From a virus, in the IMG/VR virus record IMGVR_UViG_3300033990_000306, positions 24,475 through 88,474 of that record: a stretch of DNA of 64,000 bases; one strand, written 5' to 3'. This document shows positions 18,310 through 29,000 of this stretch, piece by piece; the first letter of the stretch is position 1, and each line of letters begins with the position of its first letter. Under the pieces are notes generated by a model that searched no databases, was not told the origin of the DNA, and saw only the letters and a list, made by a program, of their open reading frames with translations. A program made the position numbers and the translations under genes.

Positions 18310-19398
18310 GTGGCAGAAAAGGTTCAAGTAAAAGTATCTATAGTTACTGATGATAAAGATGTAAACGTATTAAAGTCAAAGCTTTCTAAAGCTCTTAGTG
18401 GGGTTATTGGCGATGATATGGTTAAGGGTGCTTCTCTTATTGGGCAGTCTCTTAAAACTGGAGTTGTTAAGAATTTAGAAAATGTTTATAGTAGAATTAG
18501 AAATATTCTTGGGAAAACATTTAATGTTAAAGTTAGTGGAGAAGTTAAGGAAGCTAAAGTTGGAGTACCTAAACTACCTAAAGAAGAAGAGAAGAAGAAA
18601 GGAGAGGAAGCTTCTAAAGGAGGAAACAAATTATTAGCAGGGGTAGCTAGTATAGCCGCAGGAATTTTTGGAATTATAACACAACTTAAACCAGTTAGAA
18701 TAATACTTGATGCTATAGGGAATATGTTTCAGTTAATATTTTTGCCTATAGGTTTAATTTTAATGGCTTTCTTAGCACCAGTATTAATGGGACTAGCTAG
18801 TATTATAAGTAGCAAAACTTTTCAGGGAATTTTAACTCAGGTTATTAAGTTTGTAACATTTATGTTTACTATTTCTCCGACAATAATTAAAGGAATAGGG
18901 GCAGTATTTAAAGAAGTTTTTACTCCGGCTGTAAATATACTTAGGGCTACTTATGACATCTTTAGGTCTGACATAGTACAAATTATAGGTTATGTAAACG
19001 CTTTGAATAGTATAGTACATAATGGTCTTGGAGAGCTAGGTAATTTTATTTTGAGTTTGCCTGTAAGAATATATAATTATTTTGTGGGGTTGTTTAATGA
19101 CTTAGTAAAGAATTTTGTTTCTGGTATAGTTGGAGTATTTTCTGGGTTTGCTAATAAACTTAATCCTGTCTCGTGGTTTTCTAGTTTGCCTCACTTAGCT
19201 AATGGAGGGGCAATAGTTTCTGGAGGGTTAGCTGTTCTTCATTCGGGAGAAACAGTAGTGCCAGCTAATCAGAGTTTTGGTGGGCATACTTTTAATATAA
19301 CAATTAATGGAAGTAATAGTATGCAGTCACCTAAAGATTTTGCTAATCAGGTAATGCTTGAAATAGAAAAGAGAACAGGGAGATTACAAAGATGGTAA
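18310..19398 (+). CDS. tape measure protein (short, 362 aa)
   Basis: Amphipathic helical protein after the chaperones; C-terminal PHLANGG.IV.GGLAVLH.GETVVP and FNITING motifs. Confidence 0.8.
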   Translation: MAEKVQVKVSIVTDDKDVNVLKSKLSKALSGVIGDDMVKGASLIGQSLKTGVVKNLENVYSRIRNILGKTFNVKVSGEVKEAKVGVPKLPKEEEKKKGEEASKGGNKLLAGVASIAAGIFGIITQLKPVRIILDAIGNMFQLIFLPIGLILMAFLAPVLMGLASIISSKTFQGILTQVIKFVTFMFTISPTIIKGIGAVFKEVFTPAVNILRATYDIFRSDIVQIIGYVNALNSIVHNGLGELGNFILSLPVRIYNYFVGLFNDLVKNFVSGIVGVFSGFANKLNPVSWFSSLPHLANGGAIVSGGLAVLHSGETVVPANQSFGGHTFNITINGSNSMQSPKDFANQVMLEIEKRTGRLQRW

Positions 19399-19931
19399 GT
19401 GATAGTACAATTCAGAGTTACTTAATGAGAATAGATGAAACTTTGCCTACTACTTCACAATTTTATGGTAATGCTAGTTATGACTCTAACGTGGCTATAG
19501 GAACAGTAGACCATTACCCTTTCTATTCTAATTTGCTTGGGCTTACTACAAAATATACAGCTTCTTATGGTTTAACTCAAATGCCTATACCAACACAAAA
19601 TACTCCTTTCTTACTAAACTTTACGGGTCCTTCATTGGCTATTGCATTGAATTGGGAGAGTGTACAAATGTTGGATGTTGCATTTATGTTGGAGTTTTTT
19701 ACTACGGCTAATCCTTCTGCGAAAATAGTATATGATGTTACTAATGTTTGGGGAGCTTCTAGTAGTACTAACAATATAATTACTGAGAAGTATAATTTTA
19801 ATAACCAGATTTTAGGTAGTGGGTATATGAGGTTTAATGGAGTAGTTAATGAGTTTACTGTAGAGGAAGATGCTGGGGCTATTAAGTGGAGATATAGTAT
19901 GACCATATTTATTGGAGAGGTTTTGGGCTAA
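19392..19931 (+). CDS. putative distal tail (Dit-like) protein
   Basis: Immediately after TMP; C-terminal FNGVVNEFTVEE.AG...WRYSMTIF.G pattern. Confidence 0.55.
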   Translation: MVSDSTIQSYLMRIDETLPTTSQFYGNASYDSNVAIGTVDHYPFYSNLLGLTTKYTASYGLTQMPIPTQNTPFLLNFTGPSLAIALNWESVQMLDVAFMLEFFTTANPSAKIVYDVTNVWGASSSTNNIITEKYNFNNQILGSGYMRFNGVVNEFTVEEDAGAIKWRYSMTIFIGEVLG

Positions 19932-22900
19932 TGGGAAGAACAACAACACAAGTTAGTTTGGGAGTAGCTGGTGGAGATAACGCAACTATATATGGGTTTA
20001 TAAATGGAGTTCAAATAAGTAGTTTAAGTACTGTTACTGGTACTATTGCTACAACTAGAGCTTATTATAGTTCGACTATTTCTCCTCAGAATTTTTCTGT
20101 AGAAGTAGAAGTAGATAATACTGGACAATATAAGTCAGCTTCTAAGAATGTTTGGGTAATTTCTGGTACTACATTATTGTGGGGAGATAATACAAGTGGT
20201 TCAGTTTTTACTGGGTATGGTTGGTTTTCAGTAGCTTCGACTACTGGTGTTGGGTTTAAGAGTACTTCATATGTTAAGAATGGAAACCCTATGAATGTTG
20301 GAAATACATATTGTTTTGCAGTAGAAAATGTTACTGGAATAGCTCCATTTACTACTACGTGGAATGGAGATAGTTCAATAAAAGGAACTACTTATTGTGT
20401 AGTAATAGAACATCCCCAGACTGCGTATAATGCTAGTGTAGAAGTAAAAGCTAGTAATGGGACTAATAAGGTGGAGTACAGTCAATCTTATAACCCAGCT
20501 ACTACTTTGCCATATTCCAACTCTATTGGTATAACAGTAAGTGAAAGTACTACTATAGCTATAGTTGGAGCAGATGTAGGTATTAAATTTACTGTAAGTA
20601 CAGTTCAGGATAATGCATATCCTTATGAGTATTTAACTTATTATACAGACCTTAATGGTACTACATTTGTCAGCACTACAGTTATAAGTAATTCTACTGA
20701 TAATGCTTCTACTACATTTACTATAAGTCCTACCTCAAGCCCAAACGACAATAGTTTAGGAAGATATGAGCTTAAGTTTGCTTATAAAGATTATTATAGT
20801 AATTATAGTACAAGTTCAGTTTATTCTTTTCAAGTAATAAATATATTTGGGGCGGTATTAACGGTTTCTGATGTTGGAGAATTAGCTAATAGTACTTCTT
20901 CGACTAAATGGTATTATTTGTCTCCTTTGGAAAATCCTTTATTTTTGACTTATATTCAATGGAGACAGAACGCTATAGTGCAAACTAATTTTTCTTATGC
21001 TTTTTATACTAATAATATTCCAAGTAAGTCTATATTAGCTTCTACAGTTGTTCTTTCTTCTACTAGTCCTCCGGTCTTTTCAATACTAGGGGCTAATTAT
21101 ACTGACAGAGTTAACGCTACAACTTATGTATTTTCTGTAATGGCAAATAGAATTAGTACTACTCCGAGTTATTCTACTTCAAACTTAATAGGACTATTTT
21201 GGAATGACCCACTAACAGTTTCAATTTCTACTACATTAGTCGAAGGTACGGCTGGGGTTAAACTTAGTACTACTCTTAGAGCTTATGGTTATGGTGGAGG
21301 GGTTGCGACAGCTTATGATTATACTTGGTATAAGAATGGGGTTAGTACTGGGGTTAAAACTTCTACTTATTCAATTAGTACTACTTATAATGTTGGGCAA
21401 AATTATGTTTTATTCGCTTTAGTAGAGTCAGTTGAGACTAAAGAGTCATTGTCTACTTCTCCGGTTAATGTTGTTATTAAGTCTCCAGTTAGTGTTACTA
21501 TTAGTCCTTCTAGTTTGAGTGGGGGAATTGTAGGGAGGCAATATTCTTTTTATGCTAATGTGAGCGGTGGAGTGAGTCCTTATGATTATACTTGGTTTTA
21601 TTCTTCAACAGCAAATGTAGTTGGGAGTACACTTAGTTTGAATTTTAGTACTACTATAGCTGGGAGTAATATATTAGGGGTTAGTGTGAAAGACAAAAAT
21701 GGGTCTGGAGATAAGGTTACTATTAATACTTCGTTTTATGATTATCCTACTTCTGTATTAAGTGCCAACAAGAGTATAGTTTTGACTAGTTCTACAGTAA
21801 CATTTACTGATGTTTCTCAGGGGAGTTCTAATTTTAATTATGCTTTCTATGTTAATGGTATTGAGAAGAGTAGTGGGAGTGGGGCTAATTTTAGTTTTAG
21901 TACTACTGCTACAGGAACATATAACGTTTATTGTCAGGTAGAAGACTTAGACACTCACGTAGTTCAGGACAGTAATATAATTCAAATACAGGTAGTTCAA
22001 GGTATTGGGGCAGAAGTTAAAGTTCAATATTCTACTACAGTAGTAACAGTACCTGATGCTTTTATGGTTAATGGAGTATATGGGTTTCCACCATATAGTT
22101 ATACTTGGTATTACAATACTAGTGAAAGTACTTCGGGGGCAATATTAATTTCTAGTACTCAGGTAATGAATTTTAGTACTACTGTTGCAGGACTTTATTA
22201 TGTGTTTGCACACGTGAGTGATTCTGCTTTACATTCTATTAATAGTTCTTTCGTAGAAATAAAAGAAGTGAATAAGCCTTCAGTTAGTATAAGTGGTCCT
22301 ACTTTGGGAAATACAAACGTAGTAATAACTTGGAGTTCTAATATTGTGGACGGAAGTGGAAATTATTCTTATACTTGGTACTTAGACGGAAAAACAAATA
22401 TTTCTAACGGAAACTTTACTAGCTCTACTTTTAGTACTACATTTACTAGTGACGGTACTTATACTATAAACTTGGAGGTATATGACAAAGGTTACAGGTA
22501 TACTTTGCCTTTGAGTAACACTATTACTTTATTAGTAGCTCCAGTTGCTACATTGACTTTAAATATAAAGGACACTCTTACTATGCATAATTATTTAACA
22601 GGAACAAAAACTTCCACTTCAGCTTCTCCTTCAACAACTTCATTACCTTTTACAGTACTAGTAAACGGTAGAAATGTTCACGCTATGAATATTTCTTCTG
22701 AGCGAAATATTGATGTAGCCGGAGAATTAGATTTTACTGTAGTTAAAAGGTATATGTATAGTACTACTAATGGAAGTACTACCTTTATGACAGTAGGAAG
22801 TCCAGTTCAATTTTACTTATATAACAATTTAGTATTTAGTGGAGTAGTTAATAATATTAATATGCAGAGTAATATGCAGTATAAAGTTCAGGCATATGAC

Positions 22901-23725
22901 GGACTATATTATTTAGCTGGTACTAGACTTCAAACAAATGTAGGGTCTCCTTATAGTCCAGTAGATTTAGCTACTATGTTCGGGAAGTTAGTTAGTTATT
23001 CTACAGTTAATTATGACACTTCGAATATTGGTTATGGAGGGTTTTCTGCTGAAGTTTTTAGTACACAATCTTTCTATTATGAGTTATTACAATTAGCAAC
23101 AATACTCGGTTATGGAACGTACTTGGACAATAGTAACACTTTGCACTTGCAACCTCTGTTAGGGGCAAATTCTACCACTATAGTTGAAAACGTAAATTGT
23201 ATTTTCAGTACTACAGTAAATGATACTAATTACTTTTATAACACAGTTAATTTAATAGCAAACTCTTTACAGACTACAACTGTATGCAGTACTACTAATT
23301 CTTTTACAACCTGCCAAAAATTTAGTACTACAGTTCTTAGTTCAACAGTAGCTTCAGTTAATATAAGTGGGGCTTCTGCTACAGCGAAGAAGGTTGATTT
23401 AAGTTGGTTAAGTGTTAATGGAGGAGGTACTTGGGCTAATGGTATGTCTGTTTCTTTGGAGAATTTAGCTAATGTAGCTTTGAGTAGGTTTGAAGAGGGT
23501 TATAGAGAGATAGATGTATGGTATAGTTTGAGTGCGACTAATGCTACAACTTTTCTTAATGTAGGGAGTAATGTTAATATTACGGCAAAATTTGTTGATG
23601 GGAGAGAATGGAATAATTTATTTATTTCACAAGTTAATATAGATTCGACAGGGTTGTATTTGACATTGGTTAATTTCCCGAAAGATATATGGAGTCAAAT
23701 TTCAAGCGTAACAGCTTATTCCTAA
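19931..23725 (+). CDS. large tail-tip protein: tandem PKD/Ig-like repeats plus C-terminal baseplate-hub-like domain
   Basis: Repeated GG..PY.Y.WY and G.Y.V...V.D Ig-like motifs; C-terminal GSPVQFY...VFSGVV...VQAYD.L..L hub-like pattern. Confidence 0.7.
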   Translation: MGRTTTQVSLGVAGGDNATIYGFINGVQISSLSTVTGTIATTRAYYSSTISPQNFSVEVEVDNTGQYKSASKNVWVISGTTLLWGDNTSGSVFTGYGWFSVASTTGVGFKSTSYVKNGNPMNVGNTYCFAVENVTGIAPFTTTWNGDSSIKGTTYCVVIEHPQTAYNASVEVKASNGTNKVEYSQSYNPATTLPYSNSIGITVSESTTIAIVGADVGIKFTVSTVQDNAYPYEYLTYYTDLNGTTFVSTTVISNSTDNASTTFTISPTSSPNDNSLGRYELKFAYKDYYSNYSTSSVYSFQVINIFGAVLTVSDVGELANSTSSTKWYYLSPLENPLFLTYIQWRQNAIVQTNFSYAFYTNNIPSKSILASTVVLSSTSPPVFSILGANYTDRVNATTYVFSVMANRISTTPSYSTSNLIGLFWNDPLTVSISTTLVEGTAGVKLSTTLRAYGYGGGVATAYDYTWYKNGVSTGVKTSTYSISTTYNVGQNYVLFALVESVETKESLSTSPVNVVIKSPVSVTISPSSLSGGIVGRQYSFYANVSGGVSPYDYTWFYSSTANVVGSTLSLNFSTTIAGSNILGVSVKDKNGSGDKVTINTSFYDYPTSVLSANKSIVLTSSTVTFTDVSQGSSNFNYAFYVNGIEKSSGSGANFSFSTTATGTYNVYCQVEDLDTHVVQDSNIIQIQVVQGIGAEVKVQYSTTVVTVPDAFMVNGVYGFPPYSYTWYYNTSESTSGAILISSTQVMNFSTTVAGLYYVFAHVSDSALHSINSSFVEIKEVNKPSVSISGPTLGNTNVVITWSSNIVDGSGNYSYTWYLDGKTNISNGNFTSSTFSTTFTSDGTYTINLEVYDKGYRYTLPLSNTITLLVAPVATLTLNIKDTLTMHNYLTGTKTSTSASPSTTSLPFTVLVNGRNVHAMNISSERNIDVAGELDFTVVKRYMYSTTNGSTTFMTVGSPVQFYLYNNLVFSGVVNNINMQSNMQYKVQAYDGLYYLAGTRLQTNVGSPYSPVDLATMFGKLVSYSTVNYDTSNIGYGGFSAEVFSTQSFYYELLQLATILGYGTYLDNSNTLHLQPLLGANSTTIVENVNCIFSTTVNDTNYFYNTVNLIANSLQTTTVCSTTNSFTTCQKFSTTVLSSTVASVNISGASATAKKVDLSWLSVNGGGTWANGMSVSLENLANVALSRFEEGYREIDVWYSLSATNATTFLNVGSNVNITAKFVDGREWNNLFISQVNIDSTGLYLTLVNFPKDIWSQISSVTAYS

Positions 23726-23772
23726 GAATTTTTAAATATTATATACCGATAGGGAAAAAGGAGGAAAATGAA

Positions 23773-24084
23773 ATGACAAAAATAGTTGAATTTGAACCAC
23801 CCCCGAAAGAAGAGCCAAAAGAGAAGTATCTGAAGCCTATAGAGGTACTCAATATACCAATAATAATTGAGTCCTACAGTATAGAGAAGAGACCCGGCAG
23901 GAAAGGAGATTACGATAATCTCATTCTTGTAACAGACAAAGGAAAAATACAGACAGGGGCTAAAGTTCTAGTAAAACAAATACTAGCAAAAAAAGATGTA
24001 TTTGAGAATGGCAACAAGCTTCGGGCAATAATAAAGACGAAAACCTCACCAGCAGGTACATATTATTATTTCGAGAAACCATAA
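23773..24084 (+). CDS. small basic protein, possibly ssDNA-binding OB fold
   Basis: ATG 23773 with GGAGG RBS; beta-rich, ends GTYYYF; first gene of the replication block. Confidence 0.35.
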   Translation: MTKIVEFEPPPKEEPKEKYLKPIEVLNIPIIIESYSIEKRPGRKGDYDNLILVTDKGKIQTGAKVLVKQILAKKDVFENGNKLRAIIKTKTSPAGTYYYFEKP

Positions 24085-24095
24085 GAGTAATAATT

Positions 24096-24287
24096 ATGCG
24101 TTGGTATGTGTTACTTCAAGCTAAAGATATTAATTTATTTTTAGTTGAAGGAAACACAAAAAATTATTTTGTTAGTGAAAACAGTTTCGGAGAGTGGAGA
24201 TGCACTTGTCCGAGTTTTTTATTTAGGAGTAAGGAGTGTAAGCATATTCTTCAAATTAAAGAAGAATTAAATAAGGAAAAACAATAG
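24096..24287 (+). CDS. SWIM zinc-finger protein
   Basis: WRCTCPSF....ECKHI motif. Confidence 0.8.
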   Translation: MRWYVLLQAKDINLFLVEGNTKNYFVSENSFGEWRCTCPSFLFRSKECKHILQIKEELNKEKQ

Positions 24288-24308
24288 AGAAAGAACGGAG
24301 AAGTTATT

Positions 24309-25127
24309 ATGATAGAGAGTTATTTGAGCGGAATTAATAAGTTGATAGGTAAAGGCTACGAAGAACAAGAAATATACGCTTTGTATGGAGAGCCTAATGT
24401 TGGCAAAACTACTTTTCTTATAGGAGAAATTGCTAGTTTAATTAGTAAGGGCTATAGAGTAGTTTGGATTGACACAGAAGGAGGCTTTAAAGGAGTATGG
24501 GAAAAATGGTTTCCTTTGTATAAAACTAAGTATGGGTTGAAAGATAGTGACGATGATAAGTTTCTTTATCATAAGGCTTTTACAGTAGAGGAATTTGTAA
24601 AGTACTTGGGTTATAATATTTCCGTAGAGTATGACAAGAATAAAATAAACGTTTCTCTAGGTGGGAAAGTTGACGAGAAAGAAACAATATATGAGAAGTT
24701 TGGTAAGTTGAAAGGAAAGGTAGCTGTGGTTGTTGATAGTTTTTCTTCACCAATTAAGTTACAGTTTACTGGGAATGTTCAGAATTTTAGTGGAAGGGCT
24801 GATGCTGAAAGTATAATGCTATATGGACTAATGCAGTATATGGAAAAGACTAATGCTTTTTCAATAATAACTAATCATTCGAGTAAGAATCCTACTGACA
24901 TATTCCATAACAATCCTACTATGAGGGGCGGAAAGACAATACAGTATTACAGTAAGCATATACTTTACTGGGAGAAGCCTCTAAGAAAGACTTGGGCTGA
25001 CTATAGAAAAGTAACAGCAGTAAGGACTCCAATAGCAAGAGATTGGGAATTGTTTAGCTGGATAAAGATTAATGGAACAGCAGGGATGTCAGACTCTTCT
25101 GAAGCAGAGTTAGAATCTATTAAATGA
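24309..25127 (+). CDS. RadA/RadB-like RecA-family ATPase
   Basis: LYGEPNVGKT Walker A, WIDTEGGF, VVVDS Walker B, IITNH, RGG..IQYYSK. Confidence 0.85.
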   Translation: MIESYLSGINKLIGKGYEEQEIYALYGEPNVGKTTFLIGEIASLISKGYRVVWIDTEGGFKGVWEKWFPLYKTKYGLKDSDDDKFLYHKAFTVEEFVKYLGYNISVEYDKNKINVSLGGKVDEKETIYEKFGKLKGKVAVVVDSFSSPIKLQFTGNVQNFSGRADAESIMLYGLMQYMEKTNAFSIITNHSSKNPTDIFHNNPTMRGGKTIQYYSKHILYWEKPLRKTWADYRKVTAVRTPIARDWELFSWIKINGTAGMSDSSEAELESIK

Positions 25128-25212
25128 AAGAATATGGTGATGACAATGATTTACACCTTTGAAGAGAGAAAACCTTCTCTAATGATTTATAAATTCGAGG
25201 TGAATATAATTA

Positions 25213-26220
25213 ATGTTAACTTCTAAAGAATTTTCAGAGAAATTTTCCACACAGATAAATTTGTGGTGTAGAGGAAAGGAAAATGTATTTCCGAGAGAGT
25301 TGGGGTTAAATAGAGTTATAGTTAAGAATGAGGAAGAGTTAATTTCAGGTTGGAAAGATGTGGACGAGTATATGTCTGTCTTTAATTTGAAGCAAAGGTT
25401 TTATGAAAAGTATGACACAATATATTTTGATGTGGACGGAAAGACTAATGGAACAGAAGAAGCCTTTGAGAAAGTTAAGAAAGTCTATAGTAAATTTCCT
25501 CATATAAGTAGATGCTATTATAGTGGAGTAGGTTATCATTTATTTGTTGACTTGCTTTATGAAATAAATGGGAAGGGACTTTACAAAGAATATGTACGGC
25601 AGTTAGTTGAAAAGTATGGAATAAAAGAATATTTAGACCCAAGTGTATTGGGAGACGTTAGTAGAGTAGCTAGAGTACCTAACTCTATAAATTCTAAGAG
25701 TGGGAAAACAATGGTATTAATTGACTTAGCTTCTTTGGGAAAAAGTGATAAACCTGAACAATTAGTTTCAGTAAGTACTACTTCTGTACCTAAAATTTCA
25801 TTTGAGCAACTTAACTTGTTGCCGAATGAAATAGAAGAAAAAAAGAAAATACCAACCCCGAAAGCCGAAATTAGTTGGGAGAGTAAGTATGGAGTTAATT
25901 ACCCTCCTTGTATAACTAATAGTATTAAAATGCTTAGTGAAGAAGGAGAATTAAATCATAGCGAAAGGTTACACTTAGCTACCTTTTTAATTAATATAGG
26001 TAAGGAGAAAGACCTGAGAGAATATTTAAAACTGGCAAATGATTATAGTGAGAGTATAACTGACTACCAGATAAATTATTTGAAGGAGAGAGAAATGTCT
26101 AGCTTTAGTTGTGATAGAGTAGAGGATGATATTTGTAGTTATGTTGGGCGAAAAAGGCTGTGTCCTTTTTATCCTTCTGTAAACGTAGCTGTTAGGAGGT
26201 TAAAGAATGAAACTAGATAA
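25213..26220 (+). CDS. archaeo-eukaryotic primase, PriS catalytic domain fused to PriL C-terminal Fe-S domain
   Basis: YFDVD, YSGVGYH, RVARVPNSINSKSG; C-terminal YPPCI...LNHSERLHLATFL...DYSESITDYQI..SC....IC....CP. Confidence 0.85.
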   Translation: MLTSKEFSEKFSTQINLWCRGKENVFPRELGLNRVIVKNEEELISGWKDVDEYMSVFNLKQRFYEKYDTIYFDVDGKTNGTEEAFEKVKKVYSKFPHISRCYYSGVGYHLFVDLLYEINGKGLYKEYVRQLVEKYGIKEYLDPSVLGDVSRVARVPNSINSKSGKTMVLIDLASLGKSDKPEQLVSVSTTSVPKISFEQLNLLPNEIEEKKKIPTPKAEISWESKYGVNYPPCITNSIKMLSEEGELNHSERLHLATFLINIGKEKDLREYLKLANDYSESITDYQINYLKEREMSSFSCDRVEDDICSYVGRKRLCPFYPSVNVAVRRLKNETR

Positions 26221-28348
26221 TGTAGTTAATTTAACCTACAGCAGAGAGAAGAGAGGATTTGTTGATGTAACGTTTAATGACGGAGAAATAATAAGTTATT
26301 CATATGCCCAACTAGAGCTTCCTTATTTTTATTCTGGAGTTAATTTTCTTACTAGTGGTAAGTTAAAAGCTGATGAGTTAGCTTTAATAGAAAGTTGTAC
26401 TTATGAAGAGAAAGAAGCATTGACAGATAATGGTTATATTAAAATGCCCTTTTATAAAATAGTTACTAAAGTTCCAGAAGAAATTGGAAGGTTAAGAAGT
26501 AAAAGTTCTTATTCGGCAGAAGGAAATATACCATACCTAGAGAGAAGGTTAGGGGCAGATGGTATAGTTAATTTTACTTATAATGTAGAAAGGTATGCTT
26601 ATATTGATATTGAAGAACAGAAAGCAAAGATTAGTTTAATTGGGGTTATAACTTCATTGGAGGATAAATATTACCCATTTTATAATATGTCTTCGTTTTT
26701 AGAGTTTATGGAGAAAAATAAAATAAGTACTATTTTTGCGTGGAATGGTAATGGGTATGACTATTTGAGAATGGAGAAAGACATTCCTATGGTCGAGAAG
26801 GGTAAGTTGGTTACTAGGTGGAATGCTTTATTGAAAATTGATGCTATGGAGATATACGCTCGTTATATGCAAAAGAAGTTAATGAGTTTGAATGCGGCTT
26901 CGGCTGAGGAAGAGTTAGGTAAGAAGATAGAGTTAAGTGGAAAGTTTGATGAAATTCCTATGAAGGAGTTGGAAGTGTATAATGAGCAGGACGTTAGACT
27001 GCTAAGAGGTATTATAGAGAAAACTAAAATTCACCAGATAATATTTAGAATTGGGTCATATGCTGGGCTTATTCCTAATTTAATTAGTCCTACTAGGTTA
27101 GCTGATAATTTATTTATTAAGGAGTTACAGCCTCAAGGAAAGGTATTGTTTGACTATAATGTTAGAGCGGTAGGTAAACTTGAAGGAGCTACAATTATTA
27201 CAACCAAGTCTGGAGTTCACCAGAAAGTAGCTGGAATAGACTTAGACCACCTTTACCCTAGTGTAGTAATGTACAATAGCTGGCTGGGTAGAGATATGGA
27301 AGTTTGGAAATTAGTTCAATATTTCATACGAAAGTTTTTAGAAATGAGGGCGGAAGAGAAAAATCTTTATTCAACGACTAAGGATGACGTTCACGACATA
27401 GCCCAAAAGGCTTTGAAAGTTATGAGTAATAGCTGGTATGGAGTTTTACAAAATCAGTATTACCGTTATGCTAATACTGATATGGGAAATTTTATTACTG
27501 AAAACGCTAGGAAAGTGCGGGAGAAACTTCAAGCTTTAGTAGAGTTATTCGGGTTTGAAGTTATATTGAGTGATACTGATAGTGTGTTTATAACTAATGT
27601 AGAGGAAGACAAAGCTAAGTCTATGGTAGAAATAATAAATAAAAAGTTATTTCCATATCAGGTTAAGGTAGAAAAGTATTTCCACAAAATGATAGTAATG
27701 GTTTCTAATAGTGGAAAGAGTGTTAAGAAGAGGTATGTAGGAATTGACTCTAAAGGAGAATTAAAGTCTACTGGGGTGGAGATAATAAGAAGCGAGAGTA
27801 TACCAATAACGAAAGAAGTTGAGAAGACTTTGTTTAATTATTTGTTAGTGGAAAATAAGAGTGAGGCAGAAATTCATTCTTACTTAAATAGTATAGAGGA
27901 AAGGTTTAATAGTATACCAATAGAAGAATTACTGAAAGAGAAGGTGGTCGACTCTGAGAAAGAGTATAAGTCCAAGACTACTGTAGTTAAAGTAGCTGAG
28001 GCATTGAATTATGAAATTGAAGTTTCTACTGAGAGTTTTACAAACAAGAATGGAGTAACTAGAGACAGGAAGAAATATAGAATAACATCTCCGAATGGAG
28101 CAAGACTATTTGAGTTAAGGTGGTTACTCGGAGAAAAAGGAAAGCCAATACCAGTTGAAGAAGGAGTTTCTTTAGAGAGTTATAGTTCGTTAGTTGACTA
28201 TGACTTTTATTGGAACTCGGCTATCGTTCAGCCAGTAAACAGAATACTACTGTCAGTAGGAATGAGTATGTTAGAGCGAAAAAAGAAACCAAGAAAAAGA
28301 CTTATAAAGACTAAAGAAATAACAACGAAGAAATTGGAGGTAGAATGA
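26207..28348 (+). CDS. polB: family B DNA polymerase with 3'-5' exonuclease
   Basis: ExoI YIDIE, ExoII WNGNGYD, ExoIII YNEQD; DLDHLYPS, K...NSWYG, SDTDS, KKRY. Confidence 0.93.
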   Translation: MKLDNVVNLTYSREKRGFVDVTFNDGEIISYSYAQLELPYFYSGVNFLTSGKLKADELALIESCTYEEKEALTDNGYIKMPFYKIVTKVPEEIGRLRSKSSYSAEGNIPYLERRLGADGIVNFTYNVERYAYIDIEEQKAKISLIGVITSLEDKYYPFYNMSSFLEFMEKNKISTIFAWNGNGYDYLRMEKDIPMVEKGKLVTRWNALLKIDAMEIYARYMQKKLMSLNAASAEEELGKKIELSGKFDEIPMKELEVYNEQDVRLLRGIIEKTKIHQIIFRIGSYAGLIPNLISPTRLADNLFIKELQPQGKVLFDYNVRAVGKLEGATIITTKSGVHQKVAGIDLDHLYPSVVMYNSWLGRDMEVWKLVQYFIRKFLEMRAEEKNLYSTTKDDVHDIAQKALKVMSNSWYGVLQNQYYRYANTDMGNFITENARKVREKLQALVELFGFEVILSDTDSVFITNVEEDKAKSMVEIINKKLFPYQVKVEKYFHKMIVMVSNSGKSVKKRYVGIDSKGELKSTGVEIIRSESIPITKEVEKTLFNYLLVENKSEAEIHSYLNSIEERFNSIPIEELLKEKVVDSEKEYKSKTTVVKVAEALNYEIEVSTESFTNKNGVTRDRKKYRITSPNGARLFELRWLLGEKGKPIPVEEGVSLESYSSLVDYDFYWNSAIVQPVNRILLSVGMSMLERKKKPRKRLIKTKEITTKKLEVE

Positions 28349-28349
28349 A

Positions 28350-28991
28350 ATGGATTTAGAGGCTGTAAAGAAATGGGCTAGTATAAATTACCCATATTTG
28401 ATTAGCAACGAAGACGCAATAGTGAGACTCTATAAGAAGAGTGTTCTGGGAGAGGTTATAGTGGAGAAGACAAAGTATATAGCTCCTTACAGACCTATAG
28501 CAAAGTTGGAAGATAAAATTCCAGCAACTATAGCTGTGACTAAAATTGTCAAACTAAGGACTTCTTCGAAAGAAGTATGTGCGGTGTGCGGAAAGAAAAT
28601 ATGTACTGAGCATACTCAGAGAGTATTGAAGTATGCTGGGGTTTATCAAATGGCAGACCCAACAGGAATTGTGGAGGCATTTGTATTTGAGACTAAAGAG
28701 TTTGTAGACGGGTTAGACAAAGCAGACTTTCTATTATTGGCAGGGAGATATGAGAAGAATACTAATGGGGCTTCTTTTATAATAAGGAGTTATGAAGTTT
28801 TGACAAAAGATGCTCTTAAAGCGTTCTATGATGTTATGGACTTTTTTACTATAAGTAGTAGTGGAGGTACAATACAAGAAGATAAGTACGAGAAGTACAT
28901 TAAGTCTAGTGGTAATGAAATTGAAATTAGAGCCATTGAAAAGTATTTTGTTAGTAAAAAAGAAAGTGGAGTTCTATATTTAAATTTGTGA
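28350..28991 (+). CDS. RPA-like OB-fold ssDNA-binding protein with zinc knuckle
   Basis: CAVCGKKIC.EH, MADPTG.VEAFVF OB pattern. Confidence 0.6.
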   Translation: MDLEAVKKWASINYPYLISNEDAIVRLYKKSVLGEVIVEKTKYIAPYRPIAKLEDKIPATIAVTKIVKLRTSSKEVCAVCGKKICTEHTQRVLKYAGVYQMADPTGIVEAFVFETKEFVDGLDKADFLLLAGRYEKNTNGASFIIRSYEVLTKDALKAFYDVMDFFTISSSGGTIQEDKYEKYIKSSGNEIEIRAIEKYFVSKKESGVLYLNL

Positions 28992-29000
28992 GGAATGTAG

